A stretch of DNA of 64,000 bases, taken from Spirochaetia bacterium. Its GTDB lineage: Bacteria; Spirochaetota; Spirochaetia; CADAEX01. Positions 47,757 through 57,918 of this stretch are shown here, piece by piece. The notes below the pieces were generated by a model, which saw only the letters and a list, made by a program, of their open reading frames with translations, made no database searches and had not been told where the DNA came from. How positions within the stretch are numbered: position 1 is the first letter of the stretch; the number at the start of each line of letters is the position of its first letter. The stretch lies in the NCBI GenBank assembly GCA_024402405.1, contig JAKSTW010000002.1:6201-70200 (forward strand). Direction: 5' to 3'. A program made the position numbers and the translations under genes.

Positions 47757-48926
47757 ATGACCGATATGAATATTCTTAAAGGGCTCGTACATACTATTAT
47801 TCCTGAGATCGTGGAAATACGTCATCAGCTTCATCAGATCCCAGAGATTGCATTCAAAGAATATAAGACCTCAGCAAAAATAAGAGAAATTCTTGAACCT
47901 CTTGGGATGGAATTTTTACCGTCTATTTTTGAAACTGATGTGACTGCTGTTCTGGATAGTGGTAAACCTGGAAAAACTATTCTTCTGCGGAGTGATATCG
48001 ATGCTCTTCCGATAGAAGAGGCATGTTCTGTCCCCTATAGATCCCTGCATCCTGGATTTGCCCACAGTTGCGGTCATGATGGTCATATGGCGATTCTTTT
48101 GGGAACTGCCATGGTCCTTTCCAAAATGAAAGAACAGATAAATGGCAAGGTTAGGTTTTTATTTCAGCCGGGAGAAGAGAGTCTGGCAGGTGCAAAAAGT
48201 ATGGTGGAGGCTGGATATCTTCAGAAGGAGCCGGTTCCTGATGTGGCCTATGCTCTTCATGGATGGCCGGGGACAGAGCACGGATGTATAGAGTGCTGTC
48301 CTGGTCCTATCATGGCGTCCACTGATGATTTTATGATCACTCTTACCGGCGCAGGAGGCCATGGTGCCATGCCTGAGAAAGCTGTTGATCTGCTGGCTGC
48401 TGCTGCCGGGTTTATTCTTGCCATGAAAGAAGCTGTTTCCTGGATCTCAGCTCCATATGATCCGGCTGTGGTTTCTGTCTGTTCTGTTGAGGGAAAAGGC
48501 ACTTTCAATGTATTTGCTGACAGGATCATCCTGAAGGGAACCTCCCGTTATCTGAAAGATTCCACAGGAAATAAGATAAAGAAAACCATGGTGGAGCTTC
48601 TGGATAAATATATTCTTCCTTCAGGGGGGAAGTATGAGATAGTCAGTCCTCTGCCTGATTATGTTTCTGTGAATAATGATCCTGAACTTTATTCCCGTGC
48701 TGCTGAAATTGCTGAAAAGTATCTTGGCCGGGAAAAATGGAATGGCAATGGTATCTGTTCCATGTGTGGCGATGACTTCGGTTTTATCTCCAGAAAGATC
48801 CCAAGCCTTTATTTCCGATTGGGTGCGGGGACAGAGCACGCATCACTCCACAATCCTGCCTATGACTTTGCAGATGACACCATTGAGGACGGCATTCTCA
48901 TGATGTGCGGTCTGGTTCTTGGTTGA
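47757..48926 (+). CDS. M20D-family amidohydrolase (N-acyl-amino-acid amidohydrolase/hippuricase-like)
   Basis: It has the metal-binding motif SCGHDGH. The start is moved to MTDMNILKG; the ORF-track start at 47682 overlaps the RAYT. Confidence 0.7.
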   Translation: MTDMNILKGLVHTIIPEIVEIRHQLHQIPEIAFKEYKTSAKIREILEPLGMEFLPSIFETDVTAVLDSGKPGKTILLRSDIDALPIEEACSVPYRSLHPGFAHSCGHDGHMAILLGTAMVLSKMKEQINGKVRFLFQPGEESLAGAKSMVEAGYLQKEPVPDVAYALHGWPGTEHGCIECCPGPIMASTDDFMITLTGAGGHGAMPEKAVDLLAAAAGFILAMKEAVSWISAPYDPAVVSVCSVEGKGTFNVFADRIILKGTSRYLKDSTGNKIKKTMVELLDKYILPSGGKYEIVSPLPDYVSVNNDPELYSRAAEIAEKYLGREKWNGNGICSMCGDDFGFISRKIPSLYFRLGAGTEHASLHNPAYDFADDTIEDGILMMCGLVLG

Positions 48927-49026
48927 TAAAAATCTTCCAAAAAATTACATATATCATCAATAACCACTCGATTTTTTCCTGTTGATATGATAAATTCTAA
49001 ATTTGGTATAGGAGTCAATCTGAGAT

Positions 49027-52000
49027 ATGAAACGTGATGATATAAATAAAGTCCTTATTATTGGTTCTGGTCCGATCGTAATCGGTCAGGCCTGTGAGTT
49101 TGATTATTCTGGTACTCAGGCCTGCAAGGCTTTGAGGGAGCAGGGATACAAAATTGTTCTGGTCAATTCCAATCCTGCCACAATTATGACAGACCCAGTA
49201 ATGGCTGATGCTACTTATATTGAGCCTCTTAATGTGGAGCGTCTGGCTCAGATTATTGAGAAGGAACGCCCTGATGCACTTCTTCCTAACTTGGGTGGAC
49301 AGACAGGTCTCAATCTTGCCTGTGAGCTTAACAAATCCGGAGTTCTGGATAAATATGGCGTGAAGGTCATCGGTGTCAATCTGGATGCCATTGAGCGCGG
49401 TGAGGACCGTGAGATTTTCAAGGATACCATGAGACAGCTGGGGATCGATACTCCACGTTCTGGAATCTGCCATACAGTTCAGGAAGCAGAGGCTATTGCC
49501 GCAGAGATCGGATTCCCTGTGGTCGTTCGTCCTGCCTATACTATGGGTGGCCAGGGCGGTGGTTTCTGCTACAATATTGAGGAACTCCGCACTATCACAA
49601 GAAACGGTCTGGAGCTTTCTCTTACCAGCCAGTGTCTTATAGAGGAGTCGATCCTTGGCTGGGAAGAGCTTGAGGTTGAGGTTGTCCGGGATTCAAAGAA
49701 TCAGATGGTTGCCATCTGTTTCATCGAAAATATAGATGCTGTAGGTGTTCACACAGGAGATTCCTTCTGTTCCGCACCATTCCTTACAATAAAGCCTGAA
49801 CTGCAGGAAAAGCTGCAGAAGATGGCATTCAAGATCGTTGAGTCTATCGGTGTCATCGGCGGAACCAATGTTCAGTTTGCGCATGATCCTAAGACAGACA
49901 GAGTTGTTATCATCGAGATCAACCCTCGTACTTCCCGTTCATCTGCACTGGCTTCCAAGGCTACGGGATTTCCTATTGCCCTTATTTCAGCAAAGCTGGC
50001 AGCCGGGCTCACTCTTGATGAGATCCCATACTGGCGTGATAAGACTCTTGACAAATATACTCCGGGGGGAGCTCCTGACGGAGATTATATAGTTCTGAAA
50101 TTTGCCCGCTGGGCTTTCGAGAAGTTCAGGGGTGTTGAGGATTCTCTTGGTACATCCATGAAAGCTGTGGGTGAGGTCATGGCTATCGGACAGACTTTCA
50201 AGGAGACTTTCCAGAAGGCGATTCGCGGTCTTGAGAATGGCCGTGCCGGTCTTGGTTTCGCAAAGGATTTCAACCGCAAAAGTGCTGACGAGCTCTGCGA
50301 GATGCTGAAGACTGCATCCAGCGAGAGATATTTCCAGATCTATGAAGCTCTCCGTAAGGGTGTCAGCGTTGAAAAACTTCATAAGATCACATTTATCAAG
50401 GAATATTTCCTGCAGCAGATGAAAGAACTGGTTGATCTTGAGGAGAAGCTTCTCCAGAATCCTGGACGTGTTCCTGCTGATGATCTGCTCCGTCAGGCAA
50501 AGAAAGATGGTTTCAGTGATAAATATCTTTCAAAGATCCTTAAGGTGGCAGAAAAGGACATCCGTGCCCGCCGCAATGAGCTGGGAATCAGAGAGGCATG
50601 GCTTGCTGTTCCTGTCAGCGGAGTGAAGGGAGCCAACTATTATTATTCAACATATAATGCGAAAGATAAAGCTCCTGCCACAACAAATCCTAAGAAGATC
50701 ATGATTCTGGGTGGCGGCCCTAACAGGATCGGTCAGGGAATTGAGTTCGACTACTGTTGCTGTCATGCTGCGATGCAGCTGAAGGAAATGGGGTATGAGA
50801 CGATCATCGTAAACTGCAACCCTGAGACAGTATCTACAGATTATGATACTTCTGACAAGCTTTATTTCGAGCCTGTCACAACTGAGGATGTGCTCCAGAT
50901 TTATGAGAAGGAGAAGCCGCAGGGAATCATCGTCCAGTTCGGTGGTCAGACTCCGCTGAACATTGCCCGTGAGCTTCAGGAGAACGGTGTCAATATTCTT
51001 GGTACATCCATTGATTCTATTGATATTGCCGAGGACAGAGACCTGTTCCGCCATATGATGGAGAAACTGAATATTCCTATGCCTGAGAGCGGGATGGCCA
51101 TTGACTTTGATGAGGCCAAGGCCTGTGCCGATAAGATCGGATATCCTATTATGATCAGACCTTCCTTCGTTCTTGGCGGACGCGGAATGGAGGTCATCTA
51201 TGATGAGAAGACACTTAAGGAATATGTTGAGAAGGCCGTTGGTGTGACACCTGACCGTCCGCTTCTGATTGACCGTTTCCTGAAGAATGCGCTGGAATGT
51301 GAGGCAGATGCCCTGGCAGACTCCACACATGTATATATTCCTGCTGTAATGGAGCATGTTGAGCTGGCTGGTATCCATTCCGGAGACAGTGCCTGCGTGA
51401 TTCCTCCTGTAAGCATCCCTAAGGATAATCTGGAGACGATCAAGGAATATACTAAGAAAATTGCCGAGAGCCTCCATGTATGCGGTCTTATGAACATGCA
51501 GTATGCCATTGAGGCCGGAAAGGTATATGTGATCGAGGCTAACCCGCGTGCCAGCCGTACAGTTCCGCTGGTTTCAAAAGTCTGTGACACACAGATGGCG
51601 CGTCTTGCCACAAGAATGATGCTGGGTGAGAGCCTTGAGAGTCTTGGACTGAAAGATAAGGTGATTCCATACCATGGAGCTAAGGAGGCTGTGCTTCCTT
51701 GGTCAAGATTCCCTGGTGTGGATCCTATTCTGGGACCGGAGATGCGTTCTACCGGTGAGGTTCTTGGAATGGCTGAGGGTTTCCCTCTGGCATTCTATAA
51801 ATCACAGGAGGCCGCAGGATGTAAGCTTCCTCATGCACCGAGCGCATGGGAGAACAAGAAAGTGCTGATCTCTCTCAGCGACACTCAGAGCCAGATGGAA
51901 CAGGTTCTCGTGATCGGCAACACTCTGAAAGATCTGGGATTCACCATTATGGCAACTGAGGGAACAGCTGATTTCTACGAAAAGCATGGAATCAGGTGCA

Positions 52001-52275
52001 TCAAAGTGAATAAGATCGGCGAGGGACGTCCTGATGTGGTGGATATGATCATGAACAGGGAAGTGTGCCTTGTCATCAACACACCTAAAGCAAAACGCAA
52101 CTATGCTGAGGATAGAAAGACGATCCGCAAGGCATGTCTGAAATACAAGGTCAGCTACATCACCACACTGGCGGGAGGTATGGCTGCTGTCAAGGGAATT
52201 GAGGCAGTCAAGAACGGCAATGGCGGTGAGGGCGGTGTCAAGAGCCTCCAGGAATACCATGCTCTGGTCAGATGA
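49027..52275 (+). CDS. carB: Carbamoyl-phosphate synthase large subunit
   Basis: At 1082 aa it has duplicated ATP-grasp halves and a C-terminal MGS-like domain. Confidence 0.9.
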   Translation: MKRDDINKVLIIGSGPIVIGQACEFDYSGTQACKALREQGYKIVLVNSNPATIMTDPVMADATYIEPLNVERLAQIIEKERPDALLPNLGGQTGLNLACELNKSGVLDKYGVKVIGVNLDAIERGEDREIFKDTMRQLGIDTPRSGICHTVQEAEAIAAEIGFPVVVRPAYTMGGQGGGFCYNIEELRTITRNGLELSLTSQCLIEESILGWEELEVEVVRDSKNQMVAICFIENIDAVGVHTGDSFCSAPFLTIKPELQEKLQKMAFKIVESIGVIGGTNVQFAHDPKTDRVVIIEINPRTSRSSALASKATGFPIALISAKLAAGLTLDEIPYWRDKTLDKYTPGGAPDGDYIVLKFARWAFEKFRGVEDSLGTSMKAVGEVMAIGQTFKETFQKAIRGLENGRAGLGFAKDFNRKSADELCEMLKTASSERYFQIYEALRKGVSVEKLHKITFIKEYFLQQMKELVDLEEKLLQNPGRVPADDLLRQAKKDGFSDKYLSKILKVAEKDIRARRNELGIREAWLAVPVSGVKGANYYYSTYNAKDKAPATTNPKKIMILGGGPNRIGQGIEFDYCCCHAAMQLKEMGYETIIVNCNPETVSTDYDTSDKLYFEPVTTEDVLQIYEKEKPQGIIVQFGGQTPLNIARELQENGVNILGTSIDSIDIAEDRDLFRHMMEKLNIPMPESGMAIDFDEAKACADKIGYPIMIRPSFVLGGRGMEVIYDEKTLKEYVEKAVGVTPDRPLLIDRFLKNALECEADALADSTHVYIPAVMEHVELAGIHSGDSACVIPPVSIPKDNLETIKEYTKKIAESLHVCGLMNMQYAIEAGKVYVIEANPRASRTVPLVSKVCDTQMARLATRMMLGESLESLGLKDKVIPYHGAKEAVLPWSRFPGVDPILGPEMRSTGEVLGMAEGFPLAFYKSQEAAGCKLPHAPSAWENKKVLISLSDTQSQMEQVLVIGNTLKDLGFTIMATEGTADFYEKHGIRCIKVNKIGEGRPDVVDMIMNREVCLVINTPKAKRNYAEDRKTIRKACLKYKVSYITTLAGGMAAVKGIEAVKNGNGGEGGVKSLQEYHALVR

Positions 52276-52312
52276 TTTCTGTGAACTGAAATGATATGAT
52301 AAGCTCATCGGG

Positions 52313-52322
52313 CTCTGTCCCC
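52313..52322. repeat. Copy of the CTCTGTCCCC repeat in the carB 3' flank, followed by GGTGGGCTTTTT
   Basis: This is an exact 10-mer match. Confidence 0.55.
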
Positions 52323-52350
52323 GGTGGGCTTTTTATTTGGAGGTGATCTT

Positions 52351-53040
52351 ATGAATGATGAATGTCTTATCTGCGGAAGACCGCTGGAGTATCTGGAATC
52401 AGATATTGTGATGGAATGTGCTGTGTGCCACAGGAAAGAGGCCAGCAGGACTCGGTGTGTCAGCGGTCATTATGTGTGCAATGAATGCCATGTCCGTGGC
52501 ATGGACGGTGTGATCGGCATTTGTATGAATGAATCTTCCAAAGATCCTGCTGCTGTGCTGGAAAAGCTTATGGCTCTTCCTTTCTGCCATATGCATGGTC
52601 CTGAACATCATGTGATGGTGGGAGCTGCTCTTCTGACTGCGTACAGAAATGCCGGCGGTGAGATAGATCTTGAGTCTGCTCTGCTGGAGATGATGCGGCG
52701 CGGCAAACAGGTTCCGGGCGGTGCGTGCGGATTCTGGGGGGCATGTGGGGCCGGTATAAGTACCGGTATGTTTATATCGATTATTTCCGGTTCGACTCCG
52801 CTGGCAGGAAAATCATGGGGACTGTCAAATCTCATGACATCCGGAGCTTTGGAAAAAATAGGTTCAGTCGGTGGTCCTCGCTGCTGTAAACGGGATTCTT
52901 ATCTGGCGATTCTGGCTGCTGTAGATTTTGTCAGAGAGAATTTTAGTGTCGCCATGGAAAAGTCTGATATAAAATGTTCCCGTTCCGGACAGAATAATCA
53001 GTGCATAGGTATCCGATGTCCTTTCAATAAGCATTGCTAA
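52351..53040 (+). CDS. Cys-rich hypothetical protein (multiple CxxC pairs; possible metal-binding)
   Basis: The N-terminus has CLICG...CAVCH...CNECH. A GGACGFWGACG motif and a C-terminal CIGIRCPFNKHC follow. The start is set at MNDECLICG with a GGAGG Shine-Dalgarno sequence. Confidence 0.5.
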   Translation: MNDECLICGRPLEYLESDIVMECAVCHRKEASRTRCVSGHYVCNECHVRGMDGVIGICMNESSKDPAAVLEKLMALPFCHMHGPEHHVMVGAALLTAYRNAGGEIDLESALLEMMRRGKQVPGGACGFWGACGAGISTGMFISIISGSTPLAGKSWGLSNLMTSGALEKIGSVGGPRCCKRDSYLAILAAVDFVRENFSVAMEKSDIKCSRSGQNNQCIGIRCPFNKHC

Positions 53041-53069
53041 TAAATGCAAAATGTGCAATAATTTTTTTC

Positions 53070-54383
53070 ATGGAAAAAAAATCTAATCCTAAAGCCTTAT
53101 TACCGATCGGCATTTATCTTATTCTTTATCTTGGTGTAGGAATTACTTTTGAATATATTCTGAAAATTCCTATGGGATTTTATAATGTCCCGATAATTGT
53201 TTTCTTCCTTGTTGCCCTCCTTATTGCCTGTCTTCAGAACAGATCAGTTTCTTTTGACAAAAAATTTGAGATCATGGGAAGAGGTGTGGGTGATAAAAAT
53301 ATCATCATCATGATCCTCATATTTCTTGAGGCCGGCATCTTTGTGGGCGTTGTTGGACGCGGTTCTGCCTCCAGTGTGGCATACTTCATGCTCTCGCTTA
53401 TTCCTGTTCAGTATGCTGTGGTCATACTTTTTGTTGTCTCATGCTTTGTATCACTTGCCATGGGAACTTCTGTGGGTACCATCACGCTCCTGACTCCTAT
53501 TGCTTCTGCGGTGGCCCAGAGCGCGGGATTTCCTGCTGCCTTCTGCATCGGTTCTGTAGTTGGCGGTGCCATGTTCGGCGACAACCTTTCATTTATCAGC
53601 GATACGACTATTGCCGTCTGCAATGGCCAGGGATGCAATATGAGGGATAAATTCCGGGAGAATTTCAAGATCGTAGTTCCTGCTGCCATAGTCTCAGTAG
53701 GCATAATATGGATCATATCAATGAAATGCAGTGTGGACGGATATATCAATAACGAATATGACCTTCTCCAGATAATACCTTATATACTTGTTCTTGTGTG
53801 CAGCCTGCTGGGAATGAGCGTGTTCCTGGCTCTTCTTATAGGAATTTTATGCGGTACTTTTATCCTGCTGGTCACAGGCAATATGAATATCGTGCAGATC
53901 ATGACCAATATGGGAAGCGGTGCTGCCGGTATGTTTGATACCAGTATGGTTGCCATACTTGTAAGTGCCATATGTGCCCTTATCAGTGAGAATGGAGGAT
54001 TTCAGGCTCTTCTCAATGGTATCAGAAAGGTGTTCAAGGGTTCCAGAGGCGGTCAGCTGGGCATGGGGCTTATGGTAGTGGCCATGGATATCGCCACTGC
54101 TAATAATACGGTTGCCATCGTCATGGCCAATCCTATTGCCAGGGAAATGTCTGAATTGTATGGAATAAGCAGCAAAAAGACAGCATCTATTCTGGATTCT
54201 TTCTCATGTGTCGCACAGGGAATCATTCCTTATGGTGCACAGATACTGGTGGCTATATCTGCTGCGGAGGGAATGGGTATCCGGATCTCTGCTTTTGATA
54301 TTATGCCATATCTTATTTATCCTTATCTGCTGTGTCTCAGTTATATCCTGTTTATTTTCCTTGCTTCTGAAAGAAAAAAATGA
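53070..54383 (+). CDS. NhaC-family Na+/H+ antiporter-like membrane protein
   Basis: It is a polytopic membrane protein with the NhaC-like segment MGTSVGTITLLTPIA. The start is set at MEKKSNPK. Confidence 0.65.
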   Translation: MEKKSNPKALLPIGIYLILYLGVGITFEYILKIPMGFYNVPIIVFFLVALLIACLQNRSVSFDKKFEIMGRGVGDKNIIIMILIFLEAGIFVGVVGRGSASSVAYFMLSLIPVQYAVVILFVVSCFVSLAMGTSVGTITLLTPIASAVAQSAGFPAAFCIGSVVGGAMFGDNLSFISDTTIAVCNGQGCNMRDKFRENFKIVVPAAIVSVGIIWIISMKCSVDGYINNEYDLLQIIPYILVLVCSLLGMSVFLALLIGILCGTFILLVTGNMNIVQIMTNMGSGAAGMFDTSMVAILVSAICALISENGGFQALLNGIRKVFKGSRGGQLGMGLMVVAMDIATANNTVAIVMANPIAREMSELYGISSKKTASILDSFSCVAQGIIPYGAQILVAISAAEGMGIRISAFDIMPYLIYPYLLCLSYILFIFLASERKK

Positions 54384-55624
54384 TGAAAGGGAAGAGAGTG
54401 GTCATTACCGGGTTGGGTACTGTAAATCCGCTTGGTAACAATGTGTCTGAATTCTGGCAGGGACTGATGGATGCCAGATGCGGTATTGGTCTGATTACCA
54501 GATATGATGTCTCAGATTCAGAAGTTAAGATCGCAGGTGAGGTGAGGGATTTTGATCCTTCTTCTGTTATTGACAGAAAAACTGCCAGACGGATGGATCT
54601 TTTCTCCCAGTATGCCGTATATGCTTCTGCAGAGGCAATAAAGGATGCTTCCTTTGAGGAGAAATTCTGGGATGGGGACAGAGCAGGACTGGTGCTGGGG
54701 GTCGGTACCCTTGGCTGGACATCTGCTGAAGAAGGCTACGGAAAAATATTTTCTGGCGGTGAATCACGTGTTCCTGTTTTTACTATTCCTAAGATTATTC
54801 CTAATCTTGGTGCTGGAAATGCGGCCATGGCACTGCAGCTGCATGGTCCGTGCTTCTCTCTTTCCACTGCCTGTGCGTCAGGTGCTGATGCCATAGGAAA
54901 TGCGGCCAGGCTGATTGAATCAGGATATTGTGATGTGATGCTGGCAGGGGGGACAGAGGCGGGAATATCCAGACTGTGTATGGGCGGATTTGCCGCTATA
55001 CAGGCCCTGACGATGACTCATAATGATTCTCCTGAGATCTCAAGCCGTCCTTTTGACAGAGACCGGGATGGTTTTGTCATGGGGGAGGGAGCTGGAATGC
55101 TGGTGCTGGAGGATTATGAACATGCTGTCCGACGTGGGGCCAGGATTTATTGTGAGGTCGCTGGTTACGGCTCCACATGTGATGCTTATCATATGACGGC
55201 TCCTGAGCCTGACGGAAAATATTCGGTGAAAGCTATGAGCCGGGCATTGGAAAATGCAGGTATGGGGACAGAGGATATACAGTATATCAATGCCCATGGT
55301 ACTTCCACTGTATTAAATGACAGAATGGAGACCCGTGCTATAAAAAATATGTTCGGAGAGCAGGCATACAGGCTGAAAGTCTCATCGATAAAGTCCATGC
55401 TGGGACACTGTATCGGAGCTGCCGGAGCCATAGAGGCAATTTCATCGGCCCTGACACTGTATCATCAGTGGATACCTCCTACGATCAATTATGAAAATCC
55501 TGATCCTGAATGTGACCTTGATTATGTCCCGGGCAGGGGAATATCTGCAGAGGTCAGCGGTGTCATGTCAAATTCTTTCGGATTTGGCGGTCATAATTCA
55601 GTTTTGGTATTCCGCAGGATATAG
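54380..55624 (+). CDS. fabF: 3-oxoacyl-ACP synthase II
   Basis: It has the active-site Cys in ...LSTACASGADAIG, and His motifs (AHGTST, GHCIGAAGA). Confidence 0.85.
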   Translation: MMKGKRVVITGLGTVNPLGNNVSEFWQGLMDARCGIGLITRYDVSDSEVKIAGEVRDFDPSSVIDRKTARRMDLFSQYAVYASAEAIKDASFEEKFWDGDRAGLVLGVGTLGWTSAEEGYGKIFSGGESRVPVFTIPKIIPNLGAGNAAMALQLHGPCFSLSTACASGADAIGNAARLIESGYCDVMLAGGTEAGISRLCMGGFAAIQALTMTHNDSPEISSRPFDRDRDGFVMGEGAGMLVLEDYEHAVRRGARIYCEVAGYGSTCDAYHMTAPEPDGKYSVKAMSRALENAGMGTEDIQYINAHGTSTVLNDRMETRAIKNMFGEQAYRLKVSSIKSMLGHCIGAAGAIEAISSALTLYHQWIPPTINYENPDPECDLDYVPGRGISAEVSGVMSNSFGFGGHNSVLVFRRI

Positions 55625-56388
55625 GCAGACCAGCAGTAAGCTGCTATTCCGAAAGCTACTCCCACATTGATGGATTTTTTAACTCCGAAAAGTGGGATCG
55701 ATACTACTCCTCCGCTGCTTCTTGCTATTTCCAATGTCTCCGGACTGACCCCTGTTTCTTCCGAGCCAAGTATCATGATTCCATTTTCAGGAAATTTGAA
55801 TTCTTCTATGGGTGTACCATCTGTCTCCAGTGCAAATATGCTCTGTCCCCGGTGTGCGGCTTCCTTGAGTTCTGACAGTTCTGCCTGTCTCCAGCTGATC
55901 TTCTCCTCTGTCCCCATGGCGCTGCGTTTTGCTCTTGGCTGTTCTGGAGTTGGTGTTGCCGGAGAAAGCAATACTTCTGAAAAACAGAACGATTCTGCTG
56001 TCCTGAAGATTGAACCCACATTGAATGGAGACCGTAGATTCTCCAGATATACAGAAATCGGAAGTAGTCTGCGGCTGTCTCCGGCTGCATCAGTGTCCAG
56101 CATATCCCAGTCAGCGTACTGTATTCCGGCTTTATCCAGAATCTTATATTTCAGACTGTCCGCAGCCCATAGTGCTTCCGGACCATCAAGGCGGACTGCC
56201 AGATCTTCGATTTCTTCCTGAAACCTCTGTCCCCCTGATATAGCTGCTGCATTCAGGATCATCCGGAGATACTGAACATCTATTTCTTTTCCTTCTTTCA
56301 GTTGTTTTTCCGCATCTTTCAGTATAAGTGCCGCTTTCCTGTATTGAAGTCTGGGATCCAGTGATCTGAATTTTTTTTCTGTAAACAT
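55591..56388 (-). CDS. SpoU/TrmH-family RNA 2'-O-methyltransferase with N-terminal extension
   Basis: It has SPOUT motifs (NVGSIFRTAESF...ILGSEETGVS...INVGVAFGIAAY). Confidence 0.65.
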   Translation of the reverse strand: MFTEKKFRSLDPRLQYRKAALILKDAEKQLKEGKEIDVQYLRMILNAAAISGGQRFQEEIEDLAVRLDGPEALWAADSLKYKILDKAGIQYADWDMLDTDAAGDSRRLLPISVYLENLRSPFNVGSIFRTAESFCFSEVLLSPATPTPEQPRAKRSAMGTEEKISWRQAELSELKEAAHRGQSIFALETDGTPIEEFKFPENGIMILGSEETGVSPETLEIARSSGGVVSIPLFGVKKSINVGVAFGIAAYCWSAYILRNTKTEL

Positions 56389-56413
56389 AAATCAGCCTGC
56401 ATGTCTGTAAGTA

Positions 56414-56443
56414 TAAAAAAAGCAGAGAATTTGATTTCTCTGC
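56414..56443 (-). terminator. Rho-independent terminator downstream of flgM (minus strand)
   Basis: On the minus strand the hairpin is GCAGAGAA-atcaaa-TTCTCTGC, followed by T8. Confidence 0.55.
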
Positions 56444-56465
56444 TTAAATTCGGTATTTCGTGACC

Positions 56466-56750
56466 TCATACTCCGAACATATCTGCAATCTTGTCAGCTA
56501 CACTGTTTATCACAGCCTGATTGATATAGTTCGGATCCTGAAGCTTCTGAATTGCAGCCTCAACCTTATCCATTCTGATGTCAGGAATGGTATGCAAATC
56601 TTCGGAAATAGCATAAACTTCTCCCATAGCTTTTGCTTCCGATGACACTGATATTGAGTCTGCCTCACTGATTCTTACCGACTGAACCGATTTTTCTATG
56701 CTGGTGCAGCCCTCTATCTGGGACACCCCGCCTAGACTGTTGATGGTCAT
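56466..56750 (-). CDS. flgM: Anti-sigma-28 factor FlgM-like
   Basis: It is a 94-aa protein. Its C-terminus (RMDKVEAAIQKLQDPNY) matches the conserved FlgM C-terminal helix. Confidence 0.6.
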   Translation of the reverse strand: MTINSLGGVSQIEGCTSIEKSVQSVRISEADSISVSSEAKAMGEVYAISEDLHTIPDIRMDKVEAAIQKLQDPNYINQAVINSVADKIADMFGV

Positions 56751-56798
56751 CGTTTTACCTTCCTTATTAAACTATATCGACATAAACATTTACAAAAT

Positions 56799-57485
56799 TT
56801 AATTATTATTTCCATAAATGCAGACTGCGAACTCACCCTGTATTTTATCTCTCTCAGCCAGATTGTCAAGGACTTCCTTAGCTGTACCGGTTATGAATTC
56901 TTCATACAGCTTGGTCATTTCCCTTCCTGCCACCACATAGCGTTCGGGATCTACACTGCAGATGTCAGTCATGGTCTTCACTATACGGAAAGGGGATTCA
57001 TATATTATGAAACTTTCTTCTTTGGCCATAAGCTCGGCGATTCTTGATGCGCGGCGTCCTGGCTTCGGGGAGAGAAAACCTTCGAATGTGATGGACTTTC
57101 CCTGGACTCCGCTGACACTTATAAGCGTGGTGAGCGCTGATGCCCCGGGTATTGGAGTTATTTTGTATCCTGCTTCCCTGGCAGCCCTTACCAGCGAGCT
57201 TCCGGGATCACTGACTCCAGGTGTGCCTGCATCACTGACATAAGCCACATCCTTATCCTGTTCCAGCAAATGCAGTATTTTAGCAATGCCGGGTTTCTCA
57301 TCAGCCGCATAATAACTTATGAGCGGTTTCCTGATCTCCAGTCTGTTCAGCAGTTTTATAGTGTGTCTGGTATCCTCGCAGGCAATGGTGTCCACTTTCT
57401 TCAGTGTCTCAATTGCCCTCAGTGTTATATCATCCAGATTCCCTATTGGTGTTGCAACGATAAATAATTCAGCCATATTCACCAT
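56799..57485 (-). CDS. rsmI: 16S rRNA (cytidine1402-2'-O)-methyltransferase
   Basis: It has a tetrapyrrole-methylase fold and the RsmI N-terminus LFIVATPIGNLDDIT...ACEDTR. Confidence 0.8.
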   Translation of the reverse strand: MVNMAELFIVATPIGNLDDITLRAIETLKKVDTIACEDTRHTIKLLNRLEIRKPLISYYAADEKPGIAKILHLLEQDKDVAYVSDAGTPGVSDPGSSLVRAAREAGYKITPIPGASALTTLISVSGVQGKSITFEGFLSPKPGRRASRIAELMAKEESFIIYESPFRIVKTMTDICSVDPERYVVAGREMTKLYEEFITGTAKEVLDNLAERDKIQGEFAVCIYGNNN

Positions 57486-57516
57486 AATGATAATGTAAAT
57501 TTATGCAAAACGCAAG

Positions 57517-57798
57517 TCAGCACAGATTCTGAAACTCTTTTACCAATTCTGAAATGATGGCTACCTGCTTTGAAGTGAGACCTGAAACATCTACGACATG
57601 ATTTGATTTTACGGAAAGAAGGTAATCGGTGGAAACCTTGAAAATAGTGGCAAGTTCAATAAGGTACTGGGTACTTGGAACTGATATTCCCTGCTCCCAG
57701 GCATTTACACTGGCTCTGGTTATTCCCAGCTTTTTTGCAAGGGCATTCTGTGTCAGATCACTGGCCTCTCTGAGATCTTTAATTTTATCAGCAATCAT
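57517..57798 (-). CDS. XRE-family helix-turn-helix transcriptional regulator
   Basis: It has an HTH_3 motif (LTQNALAKKLGITRASVNAWE). It is divergent from the downstream lipoprotein gene. Confidence 0.6.
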   Translation of the reverse strand: MIADKIKDLREASDLTQNALAKKLGITRASVNAWEQGISVPSTQYLIELATIFKVSTDYLLSVKSNHVVDVSGLTSKQVAIISELVKEFQNLC

Positions 57799-57918
57799 AA
57801 TTAAATAATATATAATGGTCAAAATGATATTTCATTATCAAAATGATGTTTATAATTGACATTATTTTTTAATATTTGTATTCTCCTAGGTACAAATTAT
57901 TATAAAAGGAGAGGAAAA

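Noticed and set aside
48269-48840. Considered that the two identical 14-mers in the amidohydrolase gene reflect an internal domain duplication.
   Set aside because: The flanking nucleotide and amino-acid sequences are unrelated. Only the motif itself is shared.
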